This document shows, in pieces, positions 40,492-53,600 of a DNA stretch of 64,000 bases. The stretch lies in the NCBI RefSeq assembly GCF_964355755.1, contig NC_092673.1, forward strand, positions 23,061,648 through 23,125,647, in the 5' to 3' direction. Every line of letters begins with the position of its first letter. Position 1 is the first letter of the stretch. Origin of the DNA: Antedon mediterranea (taxonomy: Eukaryota > Animalia > Echinodermata). Below the pieces are notes generated by a model. It was not told the DNA's origin. It did not search any database and was given only the letters and a program-made list of their open reading frames with translations. Position numbers and translations under genes: made by a program.

Positions 40492-40748
40492 TTAAAAAAA
40501 TAGGGGTACATTGCTTAACCGATTTTCTAATCAATTTCTTATAAAATAAACTTTCTAGGCCTAGTCTAGTAGGCCCTCTAGGGTGATTGCATATGAGGTC
40601 AAAAGGTTATAAAAGTTGACCTCGCTACGCTCCAATGCTCCTGGTAGACAAACAACCTCCAGTTACTATGCTCACACATGGCATGGTGTTTACACACACA
40701 GTGATTACATGTATTATTTGCTCTTCAATTGTATATTATTTTTGAGTA

Positions 40749-42573
40749 ATGCCAAGTTTCTGTGCAGTGAAAGATTGTGGTAGTCGTTCAAACAGAGATG
40801 TAGGAGTTTCTTTTTTTAGAATTCCTAAAGTTTCGAGGCTACAGTACAGAAAGAAATTACTGCTTCGTATCTACGCGTAGGCTTTCGTAGGTAGATCGTA
40901 GGTAGAACGTAGGTCATTGTTCTCTCCTACGATGTATTGTTCGTAGCCTACGATGTATTGTTCTCTCCTACCTACGATGTATTGTTCGTAGCCTACGATG
41001 TATTGTTATGAAATCTAGGCTACGTCTCGATCGTAGGGTGGTTCGTAGAAGCATGGACAATGCAAACAAACAATGTATTGTTTGCTAATTAAAATCCTAC
41101 CTAAAGATAGTAGGTCAATTTTTGTAGCCGCCCTACATTGTAGGTAATTGTTCTCTCCTACGATGTATTGTTTGTAGCCTACGATGTATTGTTTGTTATC
41201 CTAATTTGGACGGAAATCCGCCGACGAAACGACATCGGGCCGGTGGACATCAGCTCACGTAGAGAGAGTCGAGGCTAGGCTAGGCCTAGCTAGCCTGTTT
41301 CGGCGGCCCACACTATAAATTATTTATTCCTACCTTGTTGGGTTAGCGAATTATAAAAACAACGACAACTAGGCTAGGACACCAACAAAACATATGCAAA
41401 ATAAATATATATTCCATATTAAGATTTAACATAAATAAATAGGCCTTTTAAAATGATTACGACATGTATAAAGAAAAAGGCCCGACCAGAATTTGGAGGG
41501 GAAAAAACATGTGAGCTGAGCAGTTTAAAGAGAGTATTAAGTTTCATGTCATGTGACACAAAATCCAGGTACACGATCTTAATTACTGTTTTATCGTCGT
41601 CAGACGGTTGCCACCCTAAAAAAAAAAACATGTGAGAGATTGCGGTAAGCAGAGAGTATCGCGTTTCATGCCAAGTGACCCAAAAAAAAACTAGGTCTGT
41701 ATTAATTACGGTCGTTCTGTCGGCAGTCTTTTTGAACGACCGATTGAACGTCCTGATGCTATATTTAGAATGAATTGTTTACGATCTTTTTTTCTCGGCA
41801 TCGTTTCTGGATGGGACGTTCGCTATATTATGTTTATTAGTTGGCCTGTTCGTTGCGGTTCACCTGTGTTGGATCGTGTCTCTCTCTACGTTATACATCG
41901 TGGGAAATTTATATTTGCCGTTGAGTAGGTAATGCTATACACTTATATAACTCCAGAGTACAAAGGTAAAATGTAACCGATAATTTTTTATCTAATTTTA
42001 ACAATTTTTAGCCTCTTAACTTTTTGTGTGTGTTTTTGTAAATTGTATTTTATATTTTTGTATTTTGCCAGTTTTCAAATCACATTTCTGTTTTTAAATG
42101 GACAATAAAGTATATATGACTATGACTATGACTATGTAAACACGCACGAAGGAAAATATTACGATTAAAAAATATTATTTATTTTTTATTAATTTACAAC
42201 TTTGTCCTCCGCCAATTAAATTTAACACATTAATTTCACACCTTACTTTACTAAGAACATCGTAGGGTTGTTTATTTTGGTTACGAACTCCCTACGAAGT
42301 TCAGAACGTAGCTCATTGAAAGTTTATTGAGGTTACGAAGCCAAACAATGGAACCTACGAAGCCAACAACGTTGCCTACGTTCTATCTACAAAGCTACTT
42401 CGTAGGTAAAGTTGCAGTATTTTCTTTCTGTACTGTACATGGTGCTGAAAAGCAAGAAATAAAGGGAAAGGCTAAAAGGCAGAGGGTCTGGCTAGCCAAC
42501 ATTCATCATAGAGAGGACATAAATGTTAACAAAATCGAAAATTATCGTGTATCTTCTAAACATTTTATTGGAG
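40749..42573 (+). pseudogene. THAP-domain first exon of the ISL2EU transposase, split by an insertion
   Basis: MPSFCAVKDCGSRSNRDVGVSFFRIPKVSRL (40749-40841) joins HGAEKQEIKGKAKRQRVWLANIHHREDINVNKIENYRVSSKHFIG (42438-42573). The third zinc-binding Cys is changed to Ser and the DDE part is missing. Confidence 0.8.
40842..42435. mobile_element. Non-autonomous Tc1/mariner-like element nested in the THAP exon
   Basis: TA TSD, TIR CAGTACAGAAAGAAA(T/A)TACTGC, and many internal CCTACGATGTATTGTT repeats. Removing it restores the THAP frame. Confidence 0.8.
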
Positions 42574-42623
42574 GTATTTGATTTTCAACATAGTTGAGTA
42601 TTGTATGTTAACCTAGACTATAT

Positions 42624-44502
42624 TTATATACATATATTTGATTGGTCAGCCACCTCCAAACAAAACTTTCTGTCAATTGCAGAATCTTCAATGCTCTTGT
42701 TTCTCTTACAAAATGGGCATTTGACCTCAAGTACACCATCACCGCAGCAATTGCATGTTATAAAGCCATCAGGCGATGCACCTATAAACGGCCATTTCTC
42801 ATTCAGCATTAGACCAGAATCAGTAACTTTAAATTCGACATGATTTGCCTTTGTGATTGATTCATACTTTTGTCTAGCTCGTGGTTGCAGCCCCATCTAG
42901 TCGCATCAGTTGAAAATTTCATGGTTTCTGGATAACAGATGCTTTTTATTAGGCTTACACTTGGTGCCCCAGCATCAGTTCTGGAAACCGCTTTCATTTT
43001 GGATGCTGTAATTCTACCCGCTCTGTAACGAAACCAACTGCTCGACTTTGCTTGTTCCCTGGTCTGTTTTTCAACATTCACAATTTCTTCTTTCGTCAAA
43101 TGCAAATGGATGTTTTCACATTTCTTAACAAGCTCAGGATACGAAAGCATCAGCGCCTCTGCATCATACAGCTTGCTCATAACAGGTGGAAACTTTTCCT
43201 CAACCTCTACTGGAACAAATGCCTCACAGTATTTATGCAAAGTACTCAGGACTACAGATTTTGGTGCAATCAGTGTCAGCTGCTCGACAAGGAATGCAAG
43301 CCCTGGGTCATTCATGACATGGAAAGCCGTTGTGCATGTTTCCACTGATGGTGTAGTAGTTGAAACTGGTGGATCTGGGGTGCCCTCATCAATTTACTCA
43401 TCTAGTTTTCTTTTTTTGGCCTTTGCTGATGAAACGTCAATTGAAGCCACTGGTTTTGCCACCACATACTTTCGGTTTGGTTCCATCCAATAAGCTTTAA
43501 CTTGGGTTACCATTTTCTTTTCTCTGATGCGTACACCTGCTTCGATGCCAAATAGCAAGGTTGAAACATGTGTGCACACCTCCAATTCCTGCCACACAAT
43601 CACAATGTGCACCATGGATTTTGCCCTCACTGCAGATAACCCAAGGTGACAACGGTTTCTTAGAGACCGACTGTGAGTGCAACACAATAGTCAATAAAAT
43701 AATATTAACAACAAATAATATTATTCCTTTAGTTTACAGACATTATATAAAAGATTGCATTGTGTTTATTAATTATACAGTACTATTAATAATTGTTTAT
43801 TTCAGTCGGTTTCCTGCTTATCTTATCAGTAATTAACCATGCTTATCCATCCATGGTCCGGATATAAATTAAAATAACTTCATGGTTGTACCATAAAATA
43901 ATGGTTTTACATACAGTACATAAAAAAGGGCATAGGCTTTTCTCCAAAAAAGGTTAGAACTTAATAAAATTATTAAATAAATAAGTAGTACAATTGTTTG
44001 TATCCCTTCTATCTAGCTAGGCCCAGTCTTACACAAGGCATAGGCTGTAGGCTACTACTGCTAATAATAATATACTATTACTAGCCTACTAGCCTCCTCC
44101 TAGTTAGCGGCGGAAGACCTACTACAACAAAGTAAATTCAATATTACTTGCATCTCCTCTAACAACTTTAAAATCTGGTCTGTGTGGGGGACAAAAAATG
44201 CCCATATCCGACAGAAATCCATTAGCAAATTGATTGTAAGCCTCTGTAGATTTGTAGGCTTGAAAATTTTCAGCTGTGTATGGGCTTGGCGTAGCGATTA
44301 AGTATGCCATGATATCCATCGATGTGAGGTCCGACAGACTGTCGATTTCGTGCGAAAATTCATCTTTATTGATCAAGTATGGGTCTTTACCGATACCTGA
44401 TATTTTCTGAAGATATCTTCGACGTTCAGTTGTTGATAAATTATCAGTTATTGCTGATAAAACAATGTTTGGCAACGACAAACTAGCGGTGCTGACTGCC
44501 AT
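42624..44502 (-). pseudogene. SWIM zinc finger + YqaJ (lambda-type) exonuclease of ISL2EU, frameshifted and 3'-truncated
   Basis: Fragments: RRYLQKI..DPY...AYKSTEAYNQF (44122-44502); HSQ...PWVI...AHCDCVAG/CTHVSTLLF (43394-43694); TREQAKSSSWFRYRAGRITAS (42809-43345); GLMLNEKWPFIGASPDG...GVLEVKCPF (42624-42896). Confidence 0.85.
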
Positions 44503-44949
44503 TGTCTATACGTAAACACACTGACCACGCTGTACTCAGAGTTTGCTTGTCTACCAGAAGCAACTCGAGCGGAAAATCATTGACCCGTGACATTATGCAA
44601 TCACCCTCTACAATTTCTGAGCATTTTTAAGCATTTCACATTTTTAAAAAAAAATTGCGCTGCGAACTTGCTTTTGCGCACTTGGCCCGTACGCAGCTTA
44701 GAAATACCGTTTTTGCACTTGATTATTGTTCTTTTTTTTATGATGTATTTCATTTTTGATAAATGAGGAGGAATGTAAAATAATTACACACTTGCACATC
44801 AAACTTCAAAAATCGTGCGCTTGAAAATGGGTTATTTTATTTCAAGCACATCTAACAGCGAAAATCGCCAATTACAGGATGCCTTAAAGATGAACTTGAG
44901 TACAGTATATGATTTTGAGTTTCTGATATTAAAATTACATAATATTCTT

Positions 44950-45074
44950 AACAATTTTATTACGTGGACTCATGGTTATATTGGCAAGAGTAATCGTGTA
45001 GTACTGTAATACCTTCGTGTGCCGTTTCCAAGATAAGAAATAAATTTAGGTCGAAGAAATACAAAGGGTTTTAA
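44950..45074 (+). pseudogene. KolX (P2X7 C-terminal-like Kolobok accessory protein), 3' fragment
   Basis: FITWTHGYIGKSNRVV-(5-nt insertion)-IPSCAVSKIRNKFRSKKYKGF*, tail-to-tail with a Kolobok transposase end. Confidence 0.7.
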
Positions 45075-45101
45075 TACCCAACTTTGTAAATTACAGCATG
45101 T

Positions 45102-45256
45102 TTACCTAAGGAAGCGCGTCCGGTGAGCAGCAATAGCTTCTGCTTTGTTAGGCTGTTCAAATCTGTTACATAGAGGTGGAGGGACATTAAGTTCTGGCTG
45201 AATAGCATCATCAGTGCAGCATATGATCACAGAGTCCAAAAGTTTGTCAACATACT
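45102..45256 (-). pseudogene. Kolobok transposase, last exon
   Basis: Acceptor followed by YVDKLLDSV...VPPPLCNRFEQPNKAEAIAAHRTRFLR*, a typical Kolobok C-terminus (recalled). Confidence 0.7.
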
Positions 45257-45481
45257 CTGAAAAAAAATTGAATTGTTTTAATCAAAAAATATTTTAAATA
45301 CCTTGAACTGTTTAAAAAACTGTACTGTAACATGATTACAATGGATGTACAGTAATAAACTCCCTTTCAATTGACGGGATAGAAATTGGACAAAAATTGT
45401 ATTAGTTTACCAGATAAACAATATCATAAAAAATACACAGTACACATTTTTCATTCATTCAGAAATTTAATTTGTACTCTC

Positions 45482-45705
45482 AATTGTCGTATTCGATTGG
45501 GAACTTTCGTTGTCAACGTAAAGATTCGTTGAGTACTTTTTGTATTCAAATTATAAATTTGTGCAGAAAGTCATTTGAATAGAAAACGTTGAAAACGAAA
45601 GCTTTTTCGTTAAGAACAATCTCAACGCTCAAAATACTCCGTTAAAGAAGTACTCAACGGAAAAACTGTACTCAACGGTGAAAGTCTAAATCGAATACGA
45701 CAATT
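45482..45705. mobile_element. Small MITE
   Basis: 17-bp TIR AATTGTCGTATTCGATT / AATCGAATACGACAATT. Confidence 0.55.
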
Positions 45706-46601
45706 CCATATTTTAATAATATTTTATCAACACAGGCAGTAATCATATATTTCAAACTGTAAAATTGGAATTTTAGATTATAACCATATAATATAATATA
45801 TATAATTACCATATGTTGGTGTCTAACTGTTTAATAACTTAATAATTTATAAACATGTGTTGACTAACTCTGTGAAAAAAAGTTTTAATAAGAAAATATT
45901 ACATCACTACCACCACTGTTGGTTTCACTTTCACTATCGGGGAATATTAGATTTTTTTAAAAATAAAAAGTGTACTGTATGTAGTCTAACAAAATAAGAG
46001 AAAAAGAGAGAGCAGGTTATAGTTAGTATTAATTTTTTTTTATGTGAAAATACCTTTGTCTGCCATTTTAGGGACAAACTGGAATGAAGAACACTCCATT
46101 GTCTTCCTGACTTTTCCAATACAACAACCACAGTGCTCGTCATATGCATCAGTTTGCACAGCAATGTTACACATTCTTGTAGTTTCAGGCATGTCATCAC
46201 TCATCATACCTTCATTGTTGAAATCAACGCATTGATTGATTGATTTATTTCGAAATATCCATATATATATAAATATACAATACAATTTGATAAAACAAGA
46301 GACGACAAGTAACAAATAAACTTACATAGACAAAGAAATGAATATAACAAGGATAACACAAAAGTTTAAAATTAATTCAACTTATTTCCATTGTGGTCCT
46401 TACTGCACCAGTAACTAATAGAATGGCAAGGTTCGATTTTATCCGCTATATTAGAATCGGTTGGTGGCGTGCGTTGGAATGTAAACTTAATTTGCATACC
46501 ATGAGTCTCTTCCGTTATAAGGCTTGTTGTTTGTTGCCGTCGGGAGAAGACAATTTTGTTCTTCTATCCTAGGCTAGCCTATAGGCCTAGCAATCATGAC
46601 T

Positions 46602-46870
46602 CATTCACTCAACTTGCACGCTCCCTCTCTTCGTATGCCCCTGATCTTCTCTTTTTTTTTTAAATTTAGAGAGTATGGCTCCCTTTTTTAATGTTCTGTT
46701 GTGTTTCCCAGAAACATCAAATTCATCTGAGAGGCTGAAGCGAACCTCGAAATCCTCTTCTGAATAATGATGGTTGCACACAGGACCGAGTAGTCAGACG
46801 GGGTGAAATTCAGTCTTGTACGGGAAACGGCAGCAGTCCAAAGTTTACGAATATTCTCAATGGCCTTCAT
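46602..46870 (-). pseudogene. THAP-domain relic (probably from the Kolobok transposase)
   Basis: RKLWTAAVSRTRLNFTPSDYSVLCA, then a frameshift, then HHYSEEDF...RTLKKGAILSKF. Confidence 0.6.
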
Positions 46871-47183
46871 GCGCGACAAATCCTTCAAATTCACTAGTGA
46901 GTCCACTAGTGATGGCGTTACTTTTTTGGCTGTCAGTTTTCTTCCATAATTGCAAGCAGTTGATCTGCCTTTCCTCATCTGCTGCCATAACAGGGTTATC
47001 TTTTGTCCTACTGTTATGAAATTTATGGAACTCATAAAGCTCAACAATGACCAAATACGTTTTACTATTATCTCGGCCACAGTGTGAACAGGAAGCATCA
47101 TGTTTTCTGGGGGGGCGGGGCGAATCACTTAATAATGTTTAGAAAGGCTGTATCTAAGATTTTTTAGTTATTTGATTTTTTTC

Positions 47184-47396
47184 TTACCACGTTTGCCTTT
47201 GCGGTTGAATCGATGGTGCCTGTCTGTAGACTACCAAAGCTTCCGGTCCAAACACCGCTCCATCTATCCAAAATGACCGCATGTATCTCATTAGCTGTTG
47301 CATCGCCAGTACGTCTCCAGTCGATTCAAGGTGTCTAAACGCTGCCTGTATGTGTTCTAGCGGAATCACCGGTAATGACATCAACTGCCTGATGAT
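47184..47396 (-). pseudogene. MULE (Mutator) transposase fragment
   Basis: MSLPVIPLEHIQAAFRHLE...LMRYMRSFWIDGAVFGPEALVVYRQ matches the MULE LPxxP...Y...W region that precedes RTNN. Confidence 0.65.
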
Positions 47397-47685
47397 CTAA
47401 ATTAAAAATCATTTTTTTAAATAAAGTAGACGCATGAGGATTTTCTTACCAAGTGTGTAGCAGCGTCAAATACAAATACAAATATGGCCAAAAAAAATGT
47501 TGGTACAATAAAATTACCTTTGTTTTGAGTGAAATAATGAGTACCTACCTGTACTTACGGTAGTTCGCCTGAACTGTGTTCGCAGATTTCTGTTTCACTT
47601 TCTGCAGATACTTCTCTCTGTTAGTTTTTTTATTATTTAGAAATTCAATTTGGTCAAGTGTGATCATATTCACACAAGGCGGTGT

Positions 47686-50600
47686 TGCTTACCTTTCTTG
47701 AGGGGCTTGTCTCGCCCAGTGGCTCTTTGCACTAATGTTAATCTTTTCAATAAAAAACACAGGGGAGTGGTATCCATATTGATTTAGAATTTAGAAGGGC
47801 TCTGTTCGACCTGGTAGGATGCGTCCCACTGTCCAGTTCGTTGTGGAACATGTATTACATGGCAGATATCTACAGTATACCTAGTATATACCTGCTATAG
47901 CGGTAAGCTGAACCACTATCAGGAAGGGTATTTCACTACACTGTAAAATCGTTGCCTTTCTGTTTGCCTTCACATTAACTCGTCTAGGCATTCACTTAAC
48001 CATTCTCTTTTAAGGTTTGTGTTCTTTCTGCATCAATTTGTTTGTTTTGCAAACAAAGCATTCTTGCCTTTGAAAGTAATTCTTCCTTATCTGATTTTAT
48101 TGAAAGCCATTCCAACGTCTTATTGCATTTATGCACTATCTTACTTTCCACATAACTTAAACTGGCATTCGGAGCTCGCTTTATGTAATGGTCAGTAATC
48201 CAAATACTCTCACACCACTTGTACATGACTTTGCATGTTCTTTTAACTTATCACTGGCGGTTTTACTTACCTTTCTTGAGGGGCTTGTCTCGCCCAGTGG
48301 CTCTTTGCACTAATGTTAATCTTTTCAATAAAAAACACAGGGGAGTGGTATCCATATTGATTTAGAATTTAGAAAGGCTCTGTTCGACCTGGTAGGATGC
48401 GTCCCACTGTCCAGTTCGTTGTGGAACATGTATTACATGGCAGATATCTACAGTATACCTAGTATATAGCTGCTATAGCAGTACATAAGCTGAAACCACT
48501 ATCAGGAAGGGTATTTCATTACACTGTAAAATCTTTGCCTTAATGTTCCCTTTCCAGAACCTGAATTTTTCTGACATTTAGCTGCGCCTTTAAAGCTAAT
48601 TCTTGTTTCTTCTTTGTTCCTAAACCTTCAAATTCATACTTGTCATGCCGCAGCTCTCCATACTGCATCAAGTTGTTTAGCGTGTTTTCATTTAACAGCC
48701 TAGCTCTATCAACTTTTTCCACCATGCCTTTGCGATTGTCATCTAAGTGCTGCTTCTTGTCTTCTGCTAAGGTTTGTGTTCTTTCTGCATCAATTTGTTT
48801 GTTTCGCAAACAAAGCATTCTGGCCTTTGAAAGTAATTCTTCCTTATCTGATTTTGTTGAAAGCCATTCCAACGTCTTATTGCATTTATGCACTATCTTA
48901 CTTTCCACATAACTTAAACTGGTATTCGGAGCTCGCTTTATGTAATGGTCAGTATTAATCCAAATACTCTCACACCACTTGTACATGACTTTGCATGTTC
49001 TTTTAACTTATCGCTGGCTGTGTTACTTACCTTTCTAGAGTGGCTTGTCTCGCCCAGTGGCTCTTTGCACTAATGTTAATCTTTTCAATAAAAAACACAG
49101 GGGAGTGGTATCCATATTGATTTAGAATTTAGAAGGGCTGTGTTCGACCTGGTAGGATGCGTCCCACTGTCCAGTTCATTGTGGAACATGTAATACATGG
49201 CAGATACCTACAGTATACCTAGTATATACCTGCTATAGCGGTAAGCTGAACCACTATCAGGAAGGGTATTTCATTACACTGTAAAATCTTTGCCTTAATA
49301 TTCCCTTTCCAGAACCTGAATTTTTCTGACATGTAGCTGCGCCTTTAAAGCTACAGTAACTCTTGTTTCTTCTTCGTTCCTAAACCTCCAAATTCAAATT
49401 CATACTTGTCCTTTCGCAGCTCTCCATACTGCATCAAGTCGTTTAGCGTGTTTTCGTTCAACAGCCTAGCTCTATCAGCCTTTTCCACCATGCCTTTGCG
49501 ATTGTCATCTAAGTGCTGCTTCTTATCTTCTGCTAAGGTTTGTGTTCTTTCTGCATCAATTTGTTTGTTTCGCAAACAAAGCATTCTGGCCTTTGAAAGT
49601 AATTCTTCCTTATCTGATTTTGTTGAAAGCCATTCCAACGTCTTATTGCATTTATGCACTATCTTACTTTCCACATAACTTAAACTGGCATTCTGAGCTC
49701 GCTTTATGTAATGGTCAGTAATCCAAATACTCTCACACCACTTGTACATGAATTTGCATGTTCTTTTAACTTATCGCTGGCGGTGTTACTTACCTTTCTA
49801 GAGTGGCTTGTCTCGCCCAGTGGCTCTTTGCACTAATGTTAATCTTTTCAATAAAAAACACAGGGGAGTGGTATCCATATTTATTTAGAATTTAGAAGGC
49901 CTCTGTTCGACCTGGTAGGATGCGTCCCACTGTCCAGTTTGTTGTGGAACATGTATTACATGGCAGATATCTACAGTATACCTAGTATATACCTGCTATA
50001 GCGGTAAGCTGAACCACTATCAGGAAGGGTATTTCATTACACTGTAAAATCTTTGCCTTAATGTTCCCTTTCCATAACCTGAATTTTTCTAACATTTAGC
50101 TGCGCCTTTAAAGCTAACTCTTGTTTCTTCTTTATTCCTGAACCTTCAAATTCATACTTGTCATGCCGCAGCTCTCCACACTGCATCAAGTCGTTTAGAG
50201 TGTTTTCGTTACACAGCCTAGCTCTATCAGCTTTTTCCACCATGCCTTTGCGATTGTCATCTAAGTGCTGCTTCTTATCTTCTGCTAAGGTTTGTGTTCT
50301 TTCTTCTGCATCAATTTGTTTGTTTCGCAAACAAAGCATTCTGGCTTTTGAAAGTAATTCTTCCTTATCTGATTTTGTTGAAAGCCATTCCAACATCTTA
50401 TTGCATTTATGCACTATCTTACTTTCCACATAACTTAAACTGGTATTCGGAGCTCGCTTTATGTAATGGTCAGTAATCCAAATACTCTCACACCACTTGT
50501 ACATGACTTTGCATGTTCTTATAACTTATCGCTGGCGGTGTTACTTACCTTTCTAGAGGGGCTTGTCTCGCCCAGTGGCTCTTTGCACTAATGTTAATCT

Positions 50601-53600
50601 TTTCAATAAAAAACACAGGGGAGTGGTATCCATATTGATTTAGAATTTAGAAGGGCTGTGTTTGACCTGGTAGGATGCGTCCCACTGTCCAGTTCGTTGT
50701 GGAACATGTATTACATGGCAGATATCTACAGTATACCTATAGTATATACCTGCTATAGCGGTAAGCTAAACCACTATCAGGAAGGGTATTTCATTACACT
50801 GTAAAATCTTTGCCTTAATGTTCCCTTTCCAGAACCTGAATTTTTCTGACATTTAGCTGCGCCTTTAAAGCTAACTCTTGTTTCTTCTTCGTTCCTAAAC
50901 CTCCAAATTCAAATTCATACTTGTCATTTCGCAGCTCTCCATACTGCATCAAGTCGTTTAGCGTGTTTTCATTTAACAGCCTAGCTCTATCAGCCTTTTC
51001 CACCATGCCTTTGCGATTGTCATCTAAGTGCTGCTTCTTATCTTCTGCTAAGGTTTGTGTTCTTTCTGCATCAATTTGTTTGTTTCGCAAACAAAGCATT
51101 CTGGCCTTTGAAAGTAATTCTTCCTTATCTGATTTTGTTGAAAGCCATTCCAACGTCTTATTGCATTTATGCACTATCTTACTTTCCACATAACTTAAAC
51201 TGGCATTCGGAGCTCGCTTTATGTAATGGTCAGTAATCCAAATACTCTCACATCACTTGTACATGACTTTGCATGTTCTTTTAACTTATTGCTGGCGGTG
51301 TTACTTACCTTTCTAGAGTGGCTTGTCTCGCCCAGTGGCTCTTTGCACTAATGTTAATCTTTTAAAAAAAAAACACAGGGGAGTGGTATCCATATTTATT
51401 TAGAATTTAGAAGGGCTCTGTTCGACCTGGTAGGATGCGTCCCACTGTCCAGTTCGTTGTGGAACATGTATTACATGGCAGATATCTACAGTATACCTAG
51501 TATATACCTGCTATAGCGGTAAGCTGAACCACTATCAGGAAGGGTATTTCATTACACTGTAAAATCTTTGCCTTAATGTTCCCTTTCCAGAACCTGAATT
51601 TTTCTGACATGTAGCTGCGCCTTTAAAGCTAACTCTTGTTTCTTCTTCGTTCCTAAACCTCCAAATTCAAATTCATACTTGTCATGCCGCAGCTCTCCAT
51701 ACTGCATCAAGTTGTTTAGCGTGTTTTTGTTCAACAGCCTAGCTCTATCAACTTTTTCCACCATGCCTTTGCGATTGTCATCTAAGTGCTGCATCTTGTC
51801 TTCTGCTAAGGTTTGTGTTCTTTCTGCATATGATCAATTTTTTTGTTTCGCAAACAAAACATTCTGCCCTTTGAAAGTAATTCTTCCTTATCTGATTTTG
51901 TTGAAGCCATTCCAACGTCTTATTGCATTTATGCGCTATCTTACTTTCCACATAACTTAAACTGGCATTCGGAGCTCGCTTTATGTAATGGTCAGTAATC
52001 CAAATACTCTCACACCACTTGTACATGACTTTGCATATTCTTTTAACTTATCACTGGCGGTGTTACTTACCTTTCTAGTGTGGCTTGTCTCGCCCAGTGG
52101 CTCTTTGCACTAATGTTAATCTTTTCAATAAAAAACACAGGGGAGTGGTATCCATATTTATTTAGAATTTAGAAGGGCTCTGTTCGACCTGGTAGGATGC
52201 GTCCCACTGTCCAGTTCGTTGTGGAACATGTATTACATGGCAGATATCTACAGTATACCTAGTATATACCTGCTATAGCGGTAAGCTGAACCACTATCAG
52301 GAAGGGTATTTCATTACACTGTAAAATCTTTGCCTTAATTAATGTTCCCTTTCCATAACCTGAATTTTTCTGACATTTAGCTGCGCCTTTAAAGCTAACA
52401 CTTGTTTCTTCTTTGTTCCTAAACCTCCAAATTCAAATTCATACTTGTCATGCCGCAGCTCTCCATACTGCATCAAGTCGTTTAGCGTGTTTCATTTAAC
52501 AGCCTAGCTCTATCAGCTTTTTCCACCATGCCTTTGCGATTGTCATCTAAGTGCTGCTTCTTGTCTTCTGCTAAGGTTTGTGTTCTTTCTGCATCAATTT
52601 GTTTGTTTCGCAAACAAAGCATTCTGGTCTTTGAAAGTAATTCTTCCTTATCTGATTTTGTTGAAAGCCATTCCAACGTCTTATTGCATTTATGCACTAT
52701 CTTACTTTCCACATAACTTAAACTGGCATTCGGAGCTCGCTTTATGTAATGGTCAGTAATCCAAATACTCTCACATCACTTGTACATGACTTTGCATGTT
52801 CTTTTAACTTATCGCTGGCGGTGTTACTTACCTTTCTAGAGTGGCTTGTCTCGCCCAGTGGCTCTTTGCACTAATGTTAATCTTTTCAAAAAAAAACACA
52901 GGGGAGTGGTATCCATATTTATTTAGAATTTAGAAGGGCTCTGTTCGACCTGGTAGGATGCGTCCCACTGTCCAGTTCGTTGTGGAACATGTATTACATG
53001 GCAGATATCTACAGTATACCTAGTATATACCTGCTATAGCGGTAAGCTGAACCACTATCAGGAAGGGTATTTCATTACACTGTAAAATCTTTGCCTTAAT
53101 GTTCCCTTTCCAGAACTTGAATTTTTCTGACATGTAGCTGCGCCTTTAAAGCTAACTCTTGTTTATTCTTCGTTCCTAAACCTCCAAATTCAAATTCATA
53201 CTTGTCATGCCGCAGCTCTCCATACTGCATCAAGTTGTTTAGCGTGTTTTTGTTCAACAGCCCAGCTCTATCAGCTTTTTCCACCATGCCTTTGCGATTG
53301 TCATCTAAGTGCTGCATCTTGTCTTCTGCTAAGGTTTGTGTTCTTTCTGCATATGATCAATTTTTTTGTTTCGCAAACAAAACATTCTGCCCTTTGAAAG
53401 TAATTCTTCCTTATCTGATTTTGTTGAAGCCATTCCAACGTCTTATTGCATTTATGCGCTATCTTACTTTCCACATAACTTAAACTGGCATTCGGAGCTC
53501 GCTTTATGTAATGGTCAGTAATCCAAATACTCTCACCCCACTTGTACATGACTTTGCATGTTCTTTTAACTTATCGCTGGCGGTGTTACTTACCTTTCTA

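Larger units (their letters stand above)
40580..44607. mobile_element. Decayed, internally deleted ISL2EU-type (PIF/Harbinger-related) DNA transposon
   Basis: 14-bp TIR AGGGTGATTGCATA / TATGCAATCACCCT with a 2-bp CT flank duplication and a symmetric subterminal CTGGTAGACAA motif. Contains convergent THAP (+) and SWIM-YqaJ (-) genes. Confidence 0.8.

Noticed and set aside
42624-43345. Phage or viral integration suggested by the YqaJ recombinase
   Set aside because: It has an intron, a SWIM domain, TIRs and a convergent THAP gene, which is explained by an ISL2EU transposon.
48540-53549. Tandem family of functional host genes
   Set aside because: Several units are frameshifted and the peptide looks like a transposase fragment. 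The + strand ORFs are antisense shadows.
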